64,000 bases of DNA, from assembly GCA_964468585.1 (NCBI GenBank), contig CAYXTM010000005.1:10247-74246 (forward strand). Direction: 5' to 3'. Positions within the stretch are counted from its first letter, which is position 1, and every line of letters begins with the position of its first letter. The position numbers and the translations under genes are program-made. This document shows positions 1 through 10,522 of the stretch, piece after piece. Below the pieces are notes generated by a model. That model was given only the letters and a program-made list of their open reading frames with translations. It did not search any database and had not been told where the DNA came from. This DNA is from an uncultured Thermoplasmatales archaeon (GTDB lineage Archaea; Thermoplasmatota; Thermoplasmata; Thermoplasmatales; GCA-001856825).

Positions 1-138
1 AATGAAATCATGTAGAAATAGTATTAGCATTTATATGACATAATACCGAGATTTGTATGATCACCTCGATATATTTAATTAAATTCATTATTTGAAAATG
101 GATGAACTTTAAAATATTCGGAATTCATAATTTGTCTA

Positions 139-1317
139 ATGGAAGAAAAGGCTGCCAGAAGAACAAGATTTGCCATGTATGCGAACCAGCTGATTGGAAG
201 CCTTGGGTCAGGACTAGCTTCCCCTTTTATACCATATTATGCAGCCTTTTTGAATTTTAACTCGGAGGAAATAGGGTTTGTTCAGGCAATTTCTAATTTT
301 GTACCTAATTCATTTCAATACATATGGGGGAGATTGTCAGATCTCGTACAGAAAAGGATAATATTCGTAATTTTAGGAGGATTAATAAGCTATCTAATGT
401 TTTCTGCGTTTATATTCACACACTCCTTTTTATATTTCATCTTGGCTCTCTCAGTTCAGTCTTTATTTAGTGCCATGGTTCCACCAGCATGGAATGCTAT
501 GATAGGAGAAGTAAGTTCAAAAAATAATAAAGGAATATTCATAGCAAATCTATCATTTTATTCCAATGTAGCCAGCCTCATTTCTTTGGTATTTTTCACT
601 TTATATGCATATAAGAATGTTAGTATGAGTTTCCTTGTTTTTTATTATTCCTTCTATTCAGCAACGGTATTGGGAACAGTATCATCATTAGTGCTACTGT
701 ATGCCTCCGAGCCTTCCAGAAGAAAAAATACTGCCGAAAGAGAAGAATTTAAAATAAATCCAAAATTCTATAAGTTTTCATGGGCCGTTACCATATACAA
801 TTTTTTCATGTCACTGTCATGGCCCCTATTTTATATAACTACAGTGGACATCATCAAAGCCAATGTTTTCGAAGTAGGAATGATAAACCTAATTTCCGTC
901 CTTTTCACAATAATCTTCCTTAGGTACTTTGGTAAATTGACGGATAAGATTGGGACAAAAAGATTCATGATCCTCTCAAGGATAATATTTTTCCCTGTTC
1001 CCATATTGTACGGTATATCTACTAGTATTTACGAACTATATTTTGTGAATGCTTTAACTGGTGTTGGCACGGCCATGACCAATGTTTCATTCACAGCTTA
1101 CCTTGTGGAGAATACAACCATGGAAACAAGGGGAAGGGCCACAGGTATCTACAGCGCAATGGTGGGTACAGTGACATTTTTTGGATCCATTTTAGGTGGT
1201 TACACAGCACAGATATTAACCGGAACATTTTCATTGTTTACCGCTCTACTTACTGTTTATATTCTCTCAACATTAGGAAGGGCAGGCAGTATAACATTTT
1301 TCCTAAAATTGGATTGA
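139..1317 (+). CDS. MFS-type transporter
   Basis: 392-aa strongly hydrophobic ORF. MFS motif-A-like loops occur in both halves (WGRLSDLVQKR and FGKLTDKIGTKR). TATA-like TTTAAAATA lies about 25 nt upstream of the ATG. Confidence 0.75.
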   Translation: MEEKAARRTRFAMYANQLIGSLGSGLASPFIPYYAAFLNFNSEEIGFVQAISNFVPNSFQYIWGRLSDLVQKRIIFVILGGLISYLMFSAFIFTHSFLYFILALSVQSLFSAMVPPAWNAMIGEVSSKNNKGIFIANLSFYSNVASLISLVFFTLYAYKNVSMSFLVFYYSFYSATVLGTVSSLVLLYASEPSRRKNTAEREEFKINPKFYKFSWAVTIYNFFMSLSWPLFYITTVDIIKANVFEVGMINLISVLFTIIFLRYFGKLTDKIGTKRFMILSRIIFFPVPILYGISTSIYELYFVNALTGVGTAMTNVSFTAYLVENTTMETRGRATGIYSAMVGTVTFFGSILGGYTAQILTGTFSLFTALLTVYILSTLGRAGSITFFLKLD

Positions 1318-1365
1318 ATTGCAGAAAAAATTTAACATGGAGAAGAATACTCCATGGGATGAGAT

Positions 1366-2913
1366 ATGAGTTTGAATGATCTAAGGGCGCAAATAAAAAA
1401 GGAACTGTCCATTGAGGATGAAAATTCTGGAGTTTTTGCCGGAGAATGGTTACAGAATCCTAAAGGGAAGAAGATTAAAGTATACAGTCCAATAGATGGC
1501 CAGTATATCGCGACCGCCTTGGGAGGAGGCAGAGAGGAGTATGAGAGAGTCGTAAGGCAGATGGAAGAAGCCTATAAGCAATGGGTTAAGATAACTCCGC
1601 CAAAAAGGGGGGAACTGATTAGACTCATTGGAAATGAATTAAGGGCAAACAAAGAAAAACTAGGGAGGATAGTTTCATTGGAGACAGGTAAAACAGTTGT
1701 AGAAGGAGAAGGAGAAATACAAGAGATGATAGATATAGCAGACTTCGCAGTCGGACTATCAAGACAATTGTATGGATACACCATGGCCAGTGAAAGGTTT
1801 GAACACAGGATGTATGATCAGTACCTCCCACTCGGAACGATCGCTGTTATAACCTCATTTAACTTCCCATCTTCAGTATGGTCCTGGAATTCATTCATTG
1901 CAGCAGTTGTTGGAGATGTAGTCATATGGAAACCTTCATCGAAGGCTCCATTGACGGCAATTGCTGTCATGAAAATCATAACTGAGACCATAAGGAAAGC
2001 CGGTTACCCACAGATATTCTCATTAATAGTTGGGGGAGGCTCAGAGATAGGCGATCTTATAACCAATGACAGCAGAGTAAAGTTAGTATCCTTTACCGGT
2101 TCAGTGGAGTCCGGAAGAAAGGTAAATGAAGCTGTCTCGAAGAGATTCGGAAAGGTTATTCTTGAACTCGGAGGGAACAATGGAGCAATTGTAACATCTA
2201 AAGCAGATCTCAACGTAGCCCTTAAGGGTGTGACATTTGGGGCTCTTGCTACTTCTGGACAAAGGTGCACAACCACCAGGAGATTAATCGTGCAGGACAG
2301 TATATACGATGAATTCGTGAGGAGACTCATAGCTACATATGAGAAAGTTAAGATAGGGAATCCATTAGAGGATGGGGTTCTAGTAGGGCCTCTAATTGAT
2401 GAAGAGGCGGTGAAGAATTTTGAAAAGGCGCTTGAAGACGCTAAAAAACAAGGTGGAAAGATATTATATGGAGGAGAGAGGCTTAAAATAAATGGCTATG
2501 AGAATGGATTTTATGTGAGGCCAGCAATAGTCGAAATGCCATCGGTGACACCCATAACCTGTCAGGAAACATTTGCACCAATCTTATATGTTTTCAAATT
2601 CAGCACATTGGAGGAAGCAATAAAGATACACAATGCTGTCCCCCAGGGACTCTCCTCCGCCATCTTTACCACTGATCTCAGAGAGGAAGAAATTTTCCTA
2701 AGTGCCAATGGAAGTGATTGTGGCTTGGCGAATGTGAATACAGCCACTGCTGGGGCAGAGATCGGTGGAGCTTTTGGTGGAGAAAAGGACACGGGCGGAG
2801 GAAGAGAGAGTGGTTCAGATGCCTGGAAGAACTATTGCAGAAAGCAGACTGTCACCATAAATTGGGGTAAAGATATTCCTCTGGCCCAAGGAGTAAAATT
2901 TGAAATTAAATAA
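1366..2913 (+). CDS. NAD(P)-dependent aldehyde dehydrogenase, ALDH7 (alpha-aminoadipic semialdehyde dehydrogenase)-like
   Basis: 515-aa ORF. Contains ELGGNN, the catalytic-Cys segment SGQRCTTTRR, and a C-terminal GAFGGEKDTGGGRESGSDAWKNY block that I recognise as antiquitin/ALDH7-type. Confidence 0.8.
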   Translation: MSLNDLRAQIKKELSIEDENSGVFAGEWLQNPKGKKIKVYSPIDGQYIATALGGGREEYERVVRQMEEAYKQWVKITPPKRGELIRLIGNELRANKEKLGRIVSLETGKTVVEGEGEIQEMIDIADFAVGLSRQLYGYTMASERFEHRMYDQYLPLGTIAVITSFNFPSSVWSWNSFIAAVVGDVVIWKPSSKAPLTAIAVMKIITETIRKAGYPQIFSLIVGGGSEIGDLITNDSRVKLVSFTGSVESGRKVNEAVSKRFGKVILELGGNNGAIVTSKADLNVALKGVTFGALATSGQRCTTTRRLIVQDSIYDEFVRRLIATYEKVKIGNPLEDGVLVGPLIDEEAVKNFEKALEDAKKQGGKILYGGERLKINGYENGFYVRPAIVEMPSVTPITCQETFAPILYVFKFSTLEEAIKIHNAVPQGLSSAIFTTDLREEEIFLSANGSDCGLANVNTATAGAEIGGAFGGEKDTGGGRESGSDAWKNYCRKQTVTINWGKDIPLAQGVKFEIK

Positions 2914-2964
2914 GAATTAATTTTTTTATAGGAATATTTTTTTATTATTCTATTATAGCCATTC

Positions 2965-3435
2965 ATGCCTGAAGTTTCCATTATTATGGGCAGCAAAAAC
3001 GATTACGAATACATGAAATCTGCTGAGGAGATACTTGAAAAATTCAACATATCATTTGAAAGGAGGGTAGTCTCGGCCCACAGAACACCAGAATTCATGA
3101 TGGAGTTTGCTAAAGATGCGAGAAAGAGGGGAATAAAGGTAATAATAGCAGCGGCAGGAGGAGCTGCACACCTGCCTGGCATGACCGCATCACTAACAAC
3201 ACTTCCTGTGATCGGGGTTCCGATACCAAGTAAAAATCTCATGGGAGTGGATTCCCTTTTGTCCATAGTTCAGATGCCATATGGGGTCCCAGTTGCAACG
3301 GTTGCCATAGATGGCGCTAAAAATGCTGCTCTATTGGCAACCAGGATACTTTCATTATGCAATCCGGAATTGGAGAAGAGACTGGAGGAATTCAGAGAGG
3401 AAATCAAAAATGACGTGCTCAAAACTTCCTTGTAA
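2965..3435 (+). CDS. purE: N5-carboxyaminoimidazole ribonucleotide mutase
   Basis: 156 aa. Contains [15 protein letters not shown] and GGAAHLPGM motifs typical of class I PurE. Confidence 0.9.
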   Translation: MPEVSIIMGSKNDYEYMKSAEEILEKFNISFERRVVSAHRTPEFMMEFAKDARKRGIKVIIAAAGGAAHLPGMTASLTTLPVIGVPIPSKNLMGVDSLLSIVQMPYGVPVATVAIDGAKNAALLATRILSLCNPELEKRLEEFREEIKNDVLKTSL

Positions 3436-4513
3436 TACTAGGATAGGAATAATTGGAGCTGGACAACTTGGTCTGATGCTATTTCAGCAAGGTATTAGAA
3501 TGGGTTTCAAATTTAACGTTCTTGGGCGAGAGGATGAACCACTCTGCAAATATACTTATTGTTTTAATCCTGAGAGGTATGAAGAATTTGTAGACCAGTC
3601 AGACATAGTAACATACGAGTTTGAGCACGCCATCGGAGAGGCCATGGAATATGCTGATAAAAATAGGAAACTTAGACCGAATCTGTTTTCAGTGAAGCTA
3701 AAAAGGGAAAGAGAAAAGGAACTCGTTTATCTCAAAAAAATAGGAGCCCCTCTGCCTGAGTTTGAAGTTGCTTCGGATGGTAAGGAAGCGCTAGAACTTG
3801 TAGCCAGCAGATTTAACGGTAAGGCAGTAATCAAGAAATCCGTAGGGGGATATGACGGAAAGGGCCAATACTTCGTTAGAAAAGATATAGAGAAGTACAA
3901 ATTTCTGGAAAATGATAATTCAAGGTTCGTAGTAGTGGAATATGTTGACTTCGATTATGAAGCATCCATTATTGCCGCAAGCAATGGTAAGGACTTTGCT
4001 TTTTTCCCCCCTTCATATAATCTAAATCGCAAAGGGATCTTGATTTTAAATTATGGTTCTATAAAATTACCAGATGCCACTGGAATTGCCAAGAATATAA
4101 TGAGGTCATTGGAGTACACCGGTACAATAGGAATTGAACTTTTCGTGAGAAAGGGACAAACACTTATTAATGAAATCTCCCCAAGGGTGCATAATTCAGG
4201 TCATTATACACTGGATGCCTGCAACCATTCGCAATTTGAATTGCATCTAAAGGCGATTGCAGGCATGGAATTGAATGAACCGAAATGTTCAGAATATTTC
4301 GGAATGGTAAATATCCTCGGTCTCAGCCAGGTAAACCAAGAATTAGATAGCATAGGAAAAATTTTCATGTACAGTAAGGAGGGAAATACCCCCAGAAGAA
4401 AAGTTGGCCATATAAACTTCACAGGAAAAAGTTTAGAGGATGTAAAATTGAAGTCTGCATTTTTAGTGAATCAACTTTACGGTTCCCTGGAGGATTTAGA
4501 AAATAAATTATGA
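3410..4513 (+). CDS. purK: N5-carboxyaminoimidazole ribonucleotide synthase (ATP-grasp)
   Basis: The ORF opens at 3311, but the first 33 codons lie inside purE and look non-protein-like. ATG at 3410 gives [21 protein letters not shown] (N-terminal Rossmann-like GxGxxG), followed by an ATP-grasp body. It sits immediately downstream of purE. Confidence 0.85.
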   Translation: MTCSKLPCNTRIGIIGAGQLGLMLFQQGIRMGFKFNVLGREDEPLCKYTYCFNPERYEEFVDQSDIVTYEFEHAIGEAMEYADKNRKLRPNLFSVKLKREREKELVYLKKIGAPLPEFEVASDGKEALELVASRFNGKAVIKKSVGGYDGKGQYFVRKDIEKYKFLENDNSRFVVVEYVDFDYEASIIAASNGKDFAFFPPSYNLNRKGILILNYGSIKLPDATGIAKNIMRSLEYTGTIGIELFVRKGQTLINEISPRVHNSGHYTLDACNHSQFELHLKAIAGMELNEPKCSEYFGMVNILGLSQVNQELDSIGKIFMYSKEGNTPRRKVGHINFTGKSLEDVKLKSAFLVNQLYGSLEDLENKL

Positions 4514-4523
4514 TTTTAACCAT

Positions 4524-5819
4524 TTATTCAGAGATAAGTAACTTTTTATAAAGCCCTTCCCTCTCTGCTATTTTAGCTGTTACCAAATCCAGCTTTTCCT
4601 TTACAAGGTCTGCCTTAATAGTACTGAATGTTGGCGGCTCAAATTCCATAAGGCCTTTACCTTCTTTCAGTGCATTTCCGATAATCTTGTATGAATCCTT
4701 CCATGTTTTTCCTTCGTGAATAAGCATAGCGGCATTATGCGTCGCATAGATTGAATTGCTAAGCTTGATTTTATCCTCCCTAATTTTAATCCTGGATAAC
4801 ATATCAAAGAAGGCTTGCATAAGCTTAGGCACCAATTCTAAACTTTCGATTGCACCCCATTTCAGGATTTGGAATTCTCTGTGATACCATGAACCCTTTC
4901 CAATAAGAGCCTGGCTGGTCATAACCCCAAGAGAATTTATCTTTATCGCATACCCTATGAACATTTCAAGAAAATCTGGATTTTTCTTGTTGGGCATAAG
5001 AGAGCTGCCAGTTACGTATTCCTCAGGCAATTCTATAAATCCGGATTCTCCAGACCATAGAATCAAATCCTGGGCAATCCTTGAATTGAATAGGGTGATA
5101 TTGGAAAGGACCTGAATAACCCTTAGTTCATCAAAACCACGTAAATTTGCTAGTAAGAGAGGGTTTTTGTTGGAGTCCTTTAGTCCCAGTAGATTTGAAA
5201 ACTTGCACAGATCAAATGAAGACAGGGAGCCAAAGCCAGAACCGTACCCCATCACCGGTACAGAGAGGTAATCTATCATTTTATCTAGTTCATCCAGAAT
5301 TTCGAAATTGAACGAAAGCACCATATCCATATAGCTGCGTAATTTTATGGGCATGGCATCTCTATAATGGGTAAGCCCAGGAATAGTCGGATTAATTTTT
5401 AAATTCTCAGACAACTTCAAAATACCTTCAAGTATGATTTTTTCCAAATTAAGAAGACCATCGATTACGTAAAGTCTAAGGTCACTGTGTATCTGTTCAT
5501 TTCTGGAGAGCAGTATTCTCAAATATTCACCCGAATCCTTCGAAATTTTAGATATTGCATCCTCAACATATGAATGTATGTCTTCGTATCCTTGCAAAGA
5601 AGCAATTCCTTTAGAATATAGTTCCTGGATAGCTCTTATGATAGAATTCTTAATTTCGACATTTTCAATCAAAGGGTCTATGGACTCATGATAGGCAATC
5701 AAATTCAACAATTCATACTTGAACATTAGGAAGTCATATTTTGAATCATCGCCGATCATAAGATCAAGGGCCTTCTTTTCTTTTCCGTTAGCAAGCCCAT
5801 TCTCCCATAATTTATACAT
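4524..5819 (-). CDS. argininosuccinate lyase-like (fumarate-lyase superfamily)
   Basis: 431 aa. Superfamily signature TGSSLMPNKKNPD, where KKNPD is argininosuccinate-lyase-like rather than PurB-like. It is shorter than a typical ArgH, so the exact substrate is uncertain. Confidence 0.65.
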   Translation of the reverse strand: MYKLWENGLANGKEKKALDLMIGDDSKYDFLMFKYELLNLIAYHESIDPLIENVEIKNSIIRAIQELYSKGIASLQGYEDIHSYVEDAISKISKDSGEYLRILLSRNEQIHSDLRLYVIDGLLNLEKIILEGILKLSENLKINPTIPGLTHYRDAMPIKLRSYMDMVLSFNFEILDELDKMIDYLSVPVMGYGSGFGSLSSFDLCKFSNLLGLKDSNKNPLLLANLRGFDELRVIQVLSNITLFNSRIAQDLILWSGESGFIELPEEYVTGSSLMPNKKNPDFLEMFIGYAIKINSLGVMTSQALIGKGSWYHREFQILKWGAIESLELVPKLMQAFFDMLSRIKIREDKIKLSNSIYATHNAAMLIHEGKTWKDSYKIIGNALKEGKGLMEFEPPTFSTIKADLVKEKLDLVTAKIAEREGLYKKLLISE

Positions 5820-5866
5820 GTAAAAAACAGATCAATATAACTTATAAATAAAACGGACAGAATTAA

Positions 5867-6532
5867 TCATTTCAAATATAATTTGATATAATCTGGCAAA
5901 TTTACATCTTTTTCAGTCTGTGGCTCACCCTTTATGACCTTTAATGGAATGATCCCTTCCCATATCTTATCATCGGAATAATTCATTCCGAATCCTTTTC
6001 TGATTTTTACGGAAAAGTTAATGATTTCAAGTTTAAAGACCGCAACCTTCGAGAGTTCCTCGTGGGAAGGGTGAATTGAATCATCCCATCTACCAGGTAT
6101 GATGCGTTCGGTTAATTCCCTGAAAACATTCAACTTTTCATTTTCATCCTTTATTTCAACCGCTTTCCCATAGATTATGGCAGATCGATAATTGACAGAA
6201 TTGTTGGCTACTCTTGAGCTTAGAACTATCCCATCTATTAATAGTACAGTAAATGTTATCACATTCTCAGAATTAAGTATACTATACATTCTGCTCTCTG
6301 GGGAGCAGTGTAAATAGACATCTTTTCCATGATTGATGTAATTCATTGGAATTGTGTAAGCTACATCATTTTCGGAAAAAGAAACAGTTGATATGAATGT
6401 TGAATTCAGTATCCCTATCAAATCTTCCTCCTTGTAACTCGCGCGGTTGGCATACCTTCTGACTTTGTAGTTTATCTTTGGGTCCTTCACAATATTTAAT
6501 TGTGAACTTATACTATATCCTTTTCCTGGCAA
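5867..6532 (-). CDS. pyridoxamine 5'-phosphate oxidase-like FMN-binding protein (COG3467/NimA-like)
   Basis: 221 aa. The pattern RRYANRASY...YLHCSPES...NYRSAIIYGKA.EI.DE.EK...PGRW...S.KIR matches the Pyridox_ox_2-type split-barrel family as I remember it. It overlaps the 3' end of the GH57 gene by 25 nt on the same strand. Confidence 0.65.
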   Translation of the reverse strand: MPGKGYSISSQLNIVKDPKINYKVRRYANRASYKEEDLIGILNSTFISTVSFSENDVAYTIPMNYINHGKDVYLHCSPESRMYSILNSENVITFTVLLIDGIVLSSRVANNSVNYRSAIIYGKAVEIKDENEKLNVFRELTERIIPGRWDDSIHPSHEELSKVAVFKLEIINFSVKIRKGFGMNYSDDKIWEGIIPLKVIKGEPQTEKDVNLPDYIKLYLK

Positions 6533-7650
6533 TATCTAAATCTCAGGTCTTCCAATATGTTGCGGAAGGTAATATAGGCATCAAATGGAGACCCATAGGG
6601 ATTGAAATAATTATGTACAATCATATCCGGTGAGCTCCCAAGCGACATATAATAAAGATGGTCTGATGTGGACAAAGAACCAAATATATCAGGAGGTACA
6701 CAATCTTTAAGTTTTTTCAAGGCTTCAAAGGCATCCCTCTGCAATTCATTTCCAGTCCATGCACTTAGGTCCCTTGGGATGTCGGCCCAGGAAATGTAAT
6801 CCGGTACCGATATTGTACCTTTAGACTCAAGTTTTAATGATGCATCCCCTATGGTCGTAAATTCCAGACCGAATTCTGGACCTCTCTGAATAACAGTTTT
6901 AAAAAATTCAAAAATTCCCGTTTCCTTCCTTTGGTGTTCCCCAAAAGTTTCGAAATCCATGAAGAGATTTATAACCTCCCCAGGTGCTTTTGAAAGCCAT
7001 TCCAAATACTTGTCTGCGTATAGAGGGTATTCATTCCAGGAAGTATTGGAAAATCTGAAGGAGATATCGTCGCTCAGTGGATAATTCCTCAAGAACAAAT
7101 TATGTCCGTTAACTGAGCTATATTTATAGTTTGGATTATATATGGAAACCAAGGAATCAGTTCCTTCCGTGAGTATATTCTTTATGCCAATATCCTTTAC
7201 TTCAAAATCAACTTTATCACTGTATATCATCTCTGTATTCCTGAATGTCACGATATTCCTTTTGTATATCTCTTTCTTCACTTCCATATCTTTCTTTACC
7301 TCATTCACAAATAACTCTGGTTCCCATATAGAAGAAAGACTGTGATAATAGGTTTCTGCAACCATTTCACCAGAAGTTTCATGCAGATAGTCATTAAGAT
7401 GATCAAAAACATCTACCCTATATTCAAGAAGCTGTTCTAGGAGGATACCCGAAAAGGATAACGAAATAGGTACATTCAATTCTGTTAAAAGTTCCAGTAA
7501 CGGTGTATAGGAATTATCGGATATTCTATCCAGCAGCTCCCTATTTCTTTCCGTCCAGAAATAGTCCCTTTTATGTCTAATATCCTGATAGCGAAAATCT
7601 CTAAGCCTCCTTGGTTGGTGTGCCTCTAAAAATATGCATATATATTTCAT
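6508..7650 (-). CDS. glycoside hydrolase family 57 (alpha-amylase / alpha-glucan-active enzyme)
   Basis: The start at ATG 7650 (MKYICIFLEAHQPRR) forms an ATGA overlap with the upstream gene's stop. GH57 conserved regions are present: HQP, GEMVAETYYH, FRNTEMIY (candidate nucleophile Glu) and FMDFETFGEH (candidate acid/base Asp). Confidence 0.75.
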   Translation of the reverse strand: MKYICIFLEAHQPRRLRDFRYQDIRHKRDYFWTERNRELLDRISDNSYTPLLELLTELNVPISLSFSGILLEQLLEYRVDVFDHLNDYLHETSGEMVAETYYHSLSSIWEPELFVNEVKKDMEVKKEIYKRNIVTFRNTEMIYSDKVDFEVKDIGIKNILTEGTDSLVSIYNPNYKYSSVNGHNLFLRNYPLSDDISFRFSNTSWNEYPLYADKYLEWLSKAPGEVINLFMDFETFGEHQRKETGIFEFFKTVIQRGPEFGLEFTTIGDASLKLESKGTISVPDYISWADIPRDLSAWTGNELQRDAFEALKKLKDCVPPDIFGSLSTSDHLYYMSLGSSPDMIVHNYFNPYGSPFDAYITFRNILEDLRFRYCQEKDIV

Positions 7651-8798
7651 AATGATGCATAAACCTCCAGAGTTTTTAAAGCAGCATTTTCCCATGTAAA
7701 TCTGGAAGCCTCAACTTTTCCAAGGATTCCCATGGTCTCCCTTAATTTTTGATATTTTGCTAGGGCCATCACGTAACTACTCATCTTGTCAGTGTCCCAG
7801 AAATCCGCTTTCAATACATTCCCCAATGCCTCTCCAACACCAGTGGTCTTGCTTATGATCACCGGAGTACCAGATGACATGGCTTCAATCACAGTCATTC
7901 CGAATGGTTCTGAAACAGCAGGCAAGATAAATACATCTGAGCTAATATAGAATTTTATGGCCTCTGAATCGCTCACGAATCCGTGGAATATAACATTCTT
8001 GAGATCTTTGGTCCTGGCAAAGGACTGAAGTTCATTTAACTGATCCCCAGTTCCTGCTACTATGAAGTTAAGATCATTCATGTATTCGGAAACTTTAGCA
8101 GCAATCTCAAGGAAAAATTTTGCACCCTTCTGTGGGGTCACTCTACCAAAATACAATATCTTCTTTTTTAAATCATAAGTCCTGTTGTACATTGAATAGA
8201 TTTGACTCTTGACTCCGTTATGAATGACTTGAATCTTTCCTGGATCAATTCCAAAATTCCTAACTATAATATCCTTGGTGTAATGTGAAACTGCGATTAT
8301 CTTGTCTGCAGCTATCATCCCCTCTTTTTCCAGTTTCAGTATCCTCGGCTGTGGATTAAACCCGCCGGACCTATCATATTCTGTGCTGTGAACTGTCATG
8401 ACAAGTTTCTTTCCATACTTATATTTCAAATAAATACCCGCTGGGACTGTAATCCAGTCGTGAATGTGGTAAATTTCATGGGATGGACTAACGGAAGTTT
8501 TCAAAACTTCATTATATTCCATTACATTATAATAAAAATCATTATTTCTGTTGTAGGGCGATCCCATGGGATTATAATCCACCATTACTACTTTGAAAGG
8601 ATAGTTCAGCTTGTTTTCACTAAATTTCGGTATGTAAAGAGTGAGATTCAATGAACTTGAAAGGGCAGAAAAGAGATTGTACGTGTGTATCCCAAGTCCT
8701 CCTGAGAAAAAAGGGGGTAGCTCCCATCCCAGAACTCCAATATCCTTCAAACTTTCAGATCCTCCTTGAAGGCTCTGATAATTTCCCCATAACTCCAT
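7647..8798 (-). CDS. glgA: glycogen synthase / GT-B glycosyltransferase
   Basis: Has the N-terminal FFSGGLGIHTY motif and a C-terminal GT-B core (PAVSEPFGMTVIEAMSSGTPVI). The ORF's first ATG is at 8798. A TTG at 8750 would instead give a TTGA overlap with the upstream stop and a canonical-length N-terminus (M/LKDIGVLGWE...GGLG). Confidence 0.8.
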   Translation of the reverse strand: MELWGNYQSLQGGSESLKDIGVLGWELPPFFSGGLGIHTYNLFSALSSSLNLTLYIPKFSENKLNYPFKVVMVDYNPMGSPYNRNNDFYYNVMEYNEVLKTSVSPSHEIYHIHDWITVPAGIYLKYKYGKKLVMTVHSTEYDRSGGFNPQPRILKLEKEGMIAADKIIAVSHYTKDIIVRNFGIDPGKIQVIHNGVKSQIYSMYNRTYDLKKKILYFGRVTPQKGAKFFLEIAAKVSEYMNDLNFIVAGTGDQLNELQSFARTKDLKNVIFHGFVSDSEAIKFYISSDVFILPAVSEPFGMTVIEAMSSGTPVIISKTTGVGEALGNVLKADFWDTDKMSSYVMALAKYQKLRETMGILGKVEASRFTWENAALKTLEVYASL

Positions 8799-10522
8799 GC
8801 CTGAGCATAGGATCCCCTTGGAATTCCTGGAAGGTAGCCATCGAAGATTTCAGGTATATATTGCATGTTTAACACAGGAGAGAAATAAGCTGCAAGGTCT
8901 CCTGGCTTGGAACCATTTCTCACCATGCTTGTTATATATGGCCCAATAAGCCAAGGCCACACTGAGCCATTATGATAAGCTGCATCCCTATCACACTGGT
9001 TGCCCATGTATATTCCCTTGAACTGCGGAAATTCTGGGGAAAGAGTACGTAGACCATAGGGAGTCAATAGTTTTTCTGCCATCCAGATAAATGGTTTCAG
9101 GTTGCCTAGATACTCATATGGGAGATATGAAGCGATGAGGAAGTTTGGTCTTATGGAAAAGTCATCTTCCCCTACAACATCCTTTATCCTATTTCCCCTG
9201 ACAAACGTATTGGTGAAGTGTTCCTCAAACCCCGCCATGAGGTTGGCGTACTCCTCTGGCATTTTCTGATTTATTTTAATGAGGAATTCCTGGAAAATTT
9301 TAAGAGAATTATACCAGAGTGCATTTACCTCAATAGGTTTCCCCTCCCTTGGAGTGATGAACTTTCCGTCGCAATTTCCATCCATCCATGTTCTGCCTGG
9401 AGGAGAATAAACGAAGTATCCATCCAGTTTGATACCTTCATATCCTGCAATATAATTATCAAGAATTTTTCTTATGTATTCTATGACTGTATAAAGGAAT
9501 GGGGAATCATTGGTATAGTCCATATACTTCTTTACAGAGTAGATGAACCATAAAGGAGAGTCTGATGGATATAGGTCACCGTTCCACTTACTTGGTATTT
9601 TACCCTCAGGATATCGTCGCATCCAGTTTATTAGAATTTCTTTTGCTGTCTGAAAAAGTCCCCTAACAAGAACCAATCCAGGAAGGGATATGAAGGTATC
9701 CCGGGACCAATAATCAAACCATGGAAATCCGGCTATTATATTATTGTTATTGACAAATAGATCAGCTCCATCCCAAATATGTTTTGGTATTAACCTTGGT
9801 TTTCCTCCCAATTCAGATGGTCTGTCACCTATACTGATGCCAGAGCCGGCCCAAAATTCCAGTTCAATGTTATGAATGTCTTTGAATAAAAAATACCCAG
9901 GAGAATAGAGATTTTCTTTGCTATCATAACCTCTCTCCTCATCTTCAACATAATGAAAATTGTAATAGCTCACAGCATCAGGGACAAAATTCTGAGGACG
10001 GTTGGAGCGAATTTCTAGGTTTTTTCTTCTAAAATAAATAATATCTTCTGATATGGATACTCCAATTTCTCCTTTAGTTTCTAAATTAAGTTCCTGCGCC
10101 TCCCTCATCTGCATTAGTGGAATAACTTTCAGATCTGCTTCATCATTACCAATGAATTCATATTTCACAACCAGATTGTTCTGATTCTTACTCAACTTTA
10201 TACTCTTCTTCAGAATAGATGTGCCTATATTATAATAAATTTCAAAGCTATCGTTCTTTCTTATTTGGGATATCAGCTTGTAGCCCTCTGGATGAATAAC
10301 ATTACCAAAATCATTGGTATCGAGTTGGTATTCCCTATTATTGACATATAATACATCCCAGAGCTTTCCCAGGAGATTGTATCTCTTATCAAGCAATATA
10401 CTAAAAAGAGAATCCCATCTGGAGGTATTTGTCAATGAGTCGGTGGAAATGGAGTAAGTTCCAAAATTATTGGCCATAATCCATTTGCCCCAGAACTTTT
10501 CTCTAAGGGTAAAAGATGCCAC
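8747..10522 (-). CDS. glycogen debranching enzyme (amylo-alpha-1,6-glucosidase, GDE_C type)
   Basis: 591 aa. Contains GRTWMDGNCDGKFITPREGKPIEVNALWYNSL, typical of archaeal/bacterial GDE C-terminal (alpha/alpha)6 domains. A minus-strand TATA-like CTTTAATTATAG (10541-10552) lies about 24 nt upstream of ATG 10522. Confidence 0.85.
   Translation of the reverse strand: MASFTLREKFWGKWIMANNFGTYSISTDSLTNTSRWDSLFSILLDKRYNLLGKLWDVLYVNNREYQLDTNDFGNVIHPEGYKLISQIRKNDSFEIYYNIGTSILKKSIKLSKNQNNLVVKYEFIGNDEADLKVIPLMQMREAQELNLETKGEIGVSISEDIIYFRRKNLEIRSNRPQNFVPDAVSYYNFHYVEDEERGYDSKENLYSPGYFLFKDIHNIELEFWAGSGISIGDRPSELGGKPRLIPKHIWDGADLFVNNNNIIAGFPWFDYWSRDTFISLPGLVLVRGLFQTAKEILINWMRRYPEGKIPSKWNGDLYPSDSPLWFIYSVKKYMDYTNDSPFLYTVIEYIRKILDNYIAGYEGIKLDGYFVYSPPGRTWMDGNCDGKFITPREGKPIEVNALWYNSLKIFQEFLIKINQKMPEEYANLMAGFEEHFTNTFVRGNRIKDVVGEDDFSIRPNFLIASYLPYEYLGNLKPFIWMAEKLLTPYGLRTLSPEFPQFKGIYMGNQCDRDAAYHNGSVWPWLIGPYITSMVRNGSKPGDLAAYFSPVLNMQYIPEIFDGYLPGIPRGSYAQAWSYGEIIRAFKEDLKV

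Noticed and set aside
3311-3409. Upstream extension of the purK ORF ([16 protein letters not shown]...)
   Set aside because: The extension overlaps the conserved C-terminus of purE by 125 nt and is Trp/Arg-rich and unlike a protein. The ATG at 3410 gives the canonical GxGxxG N-terminus.
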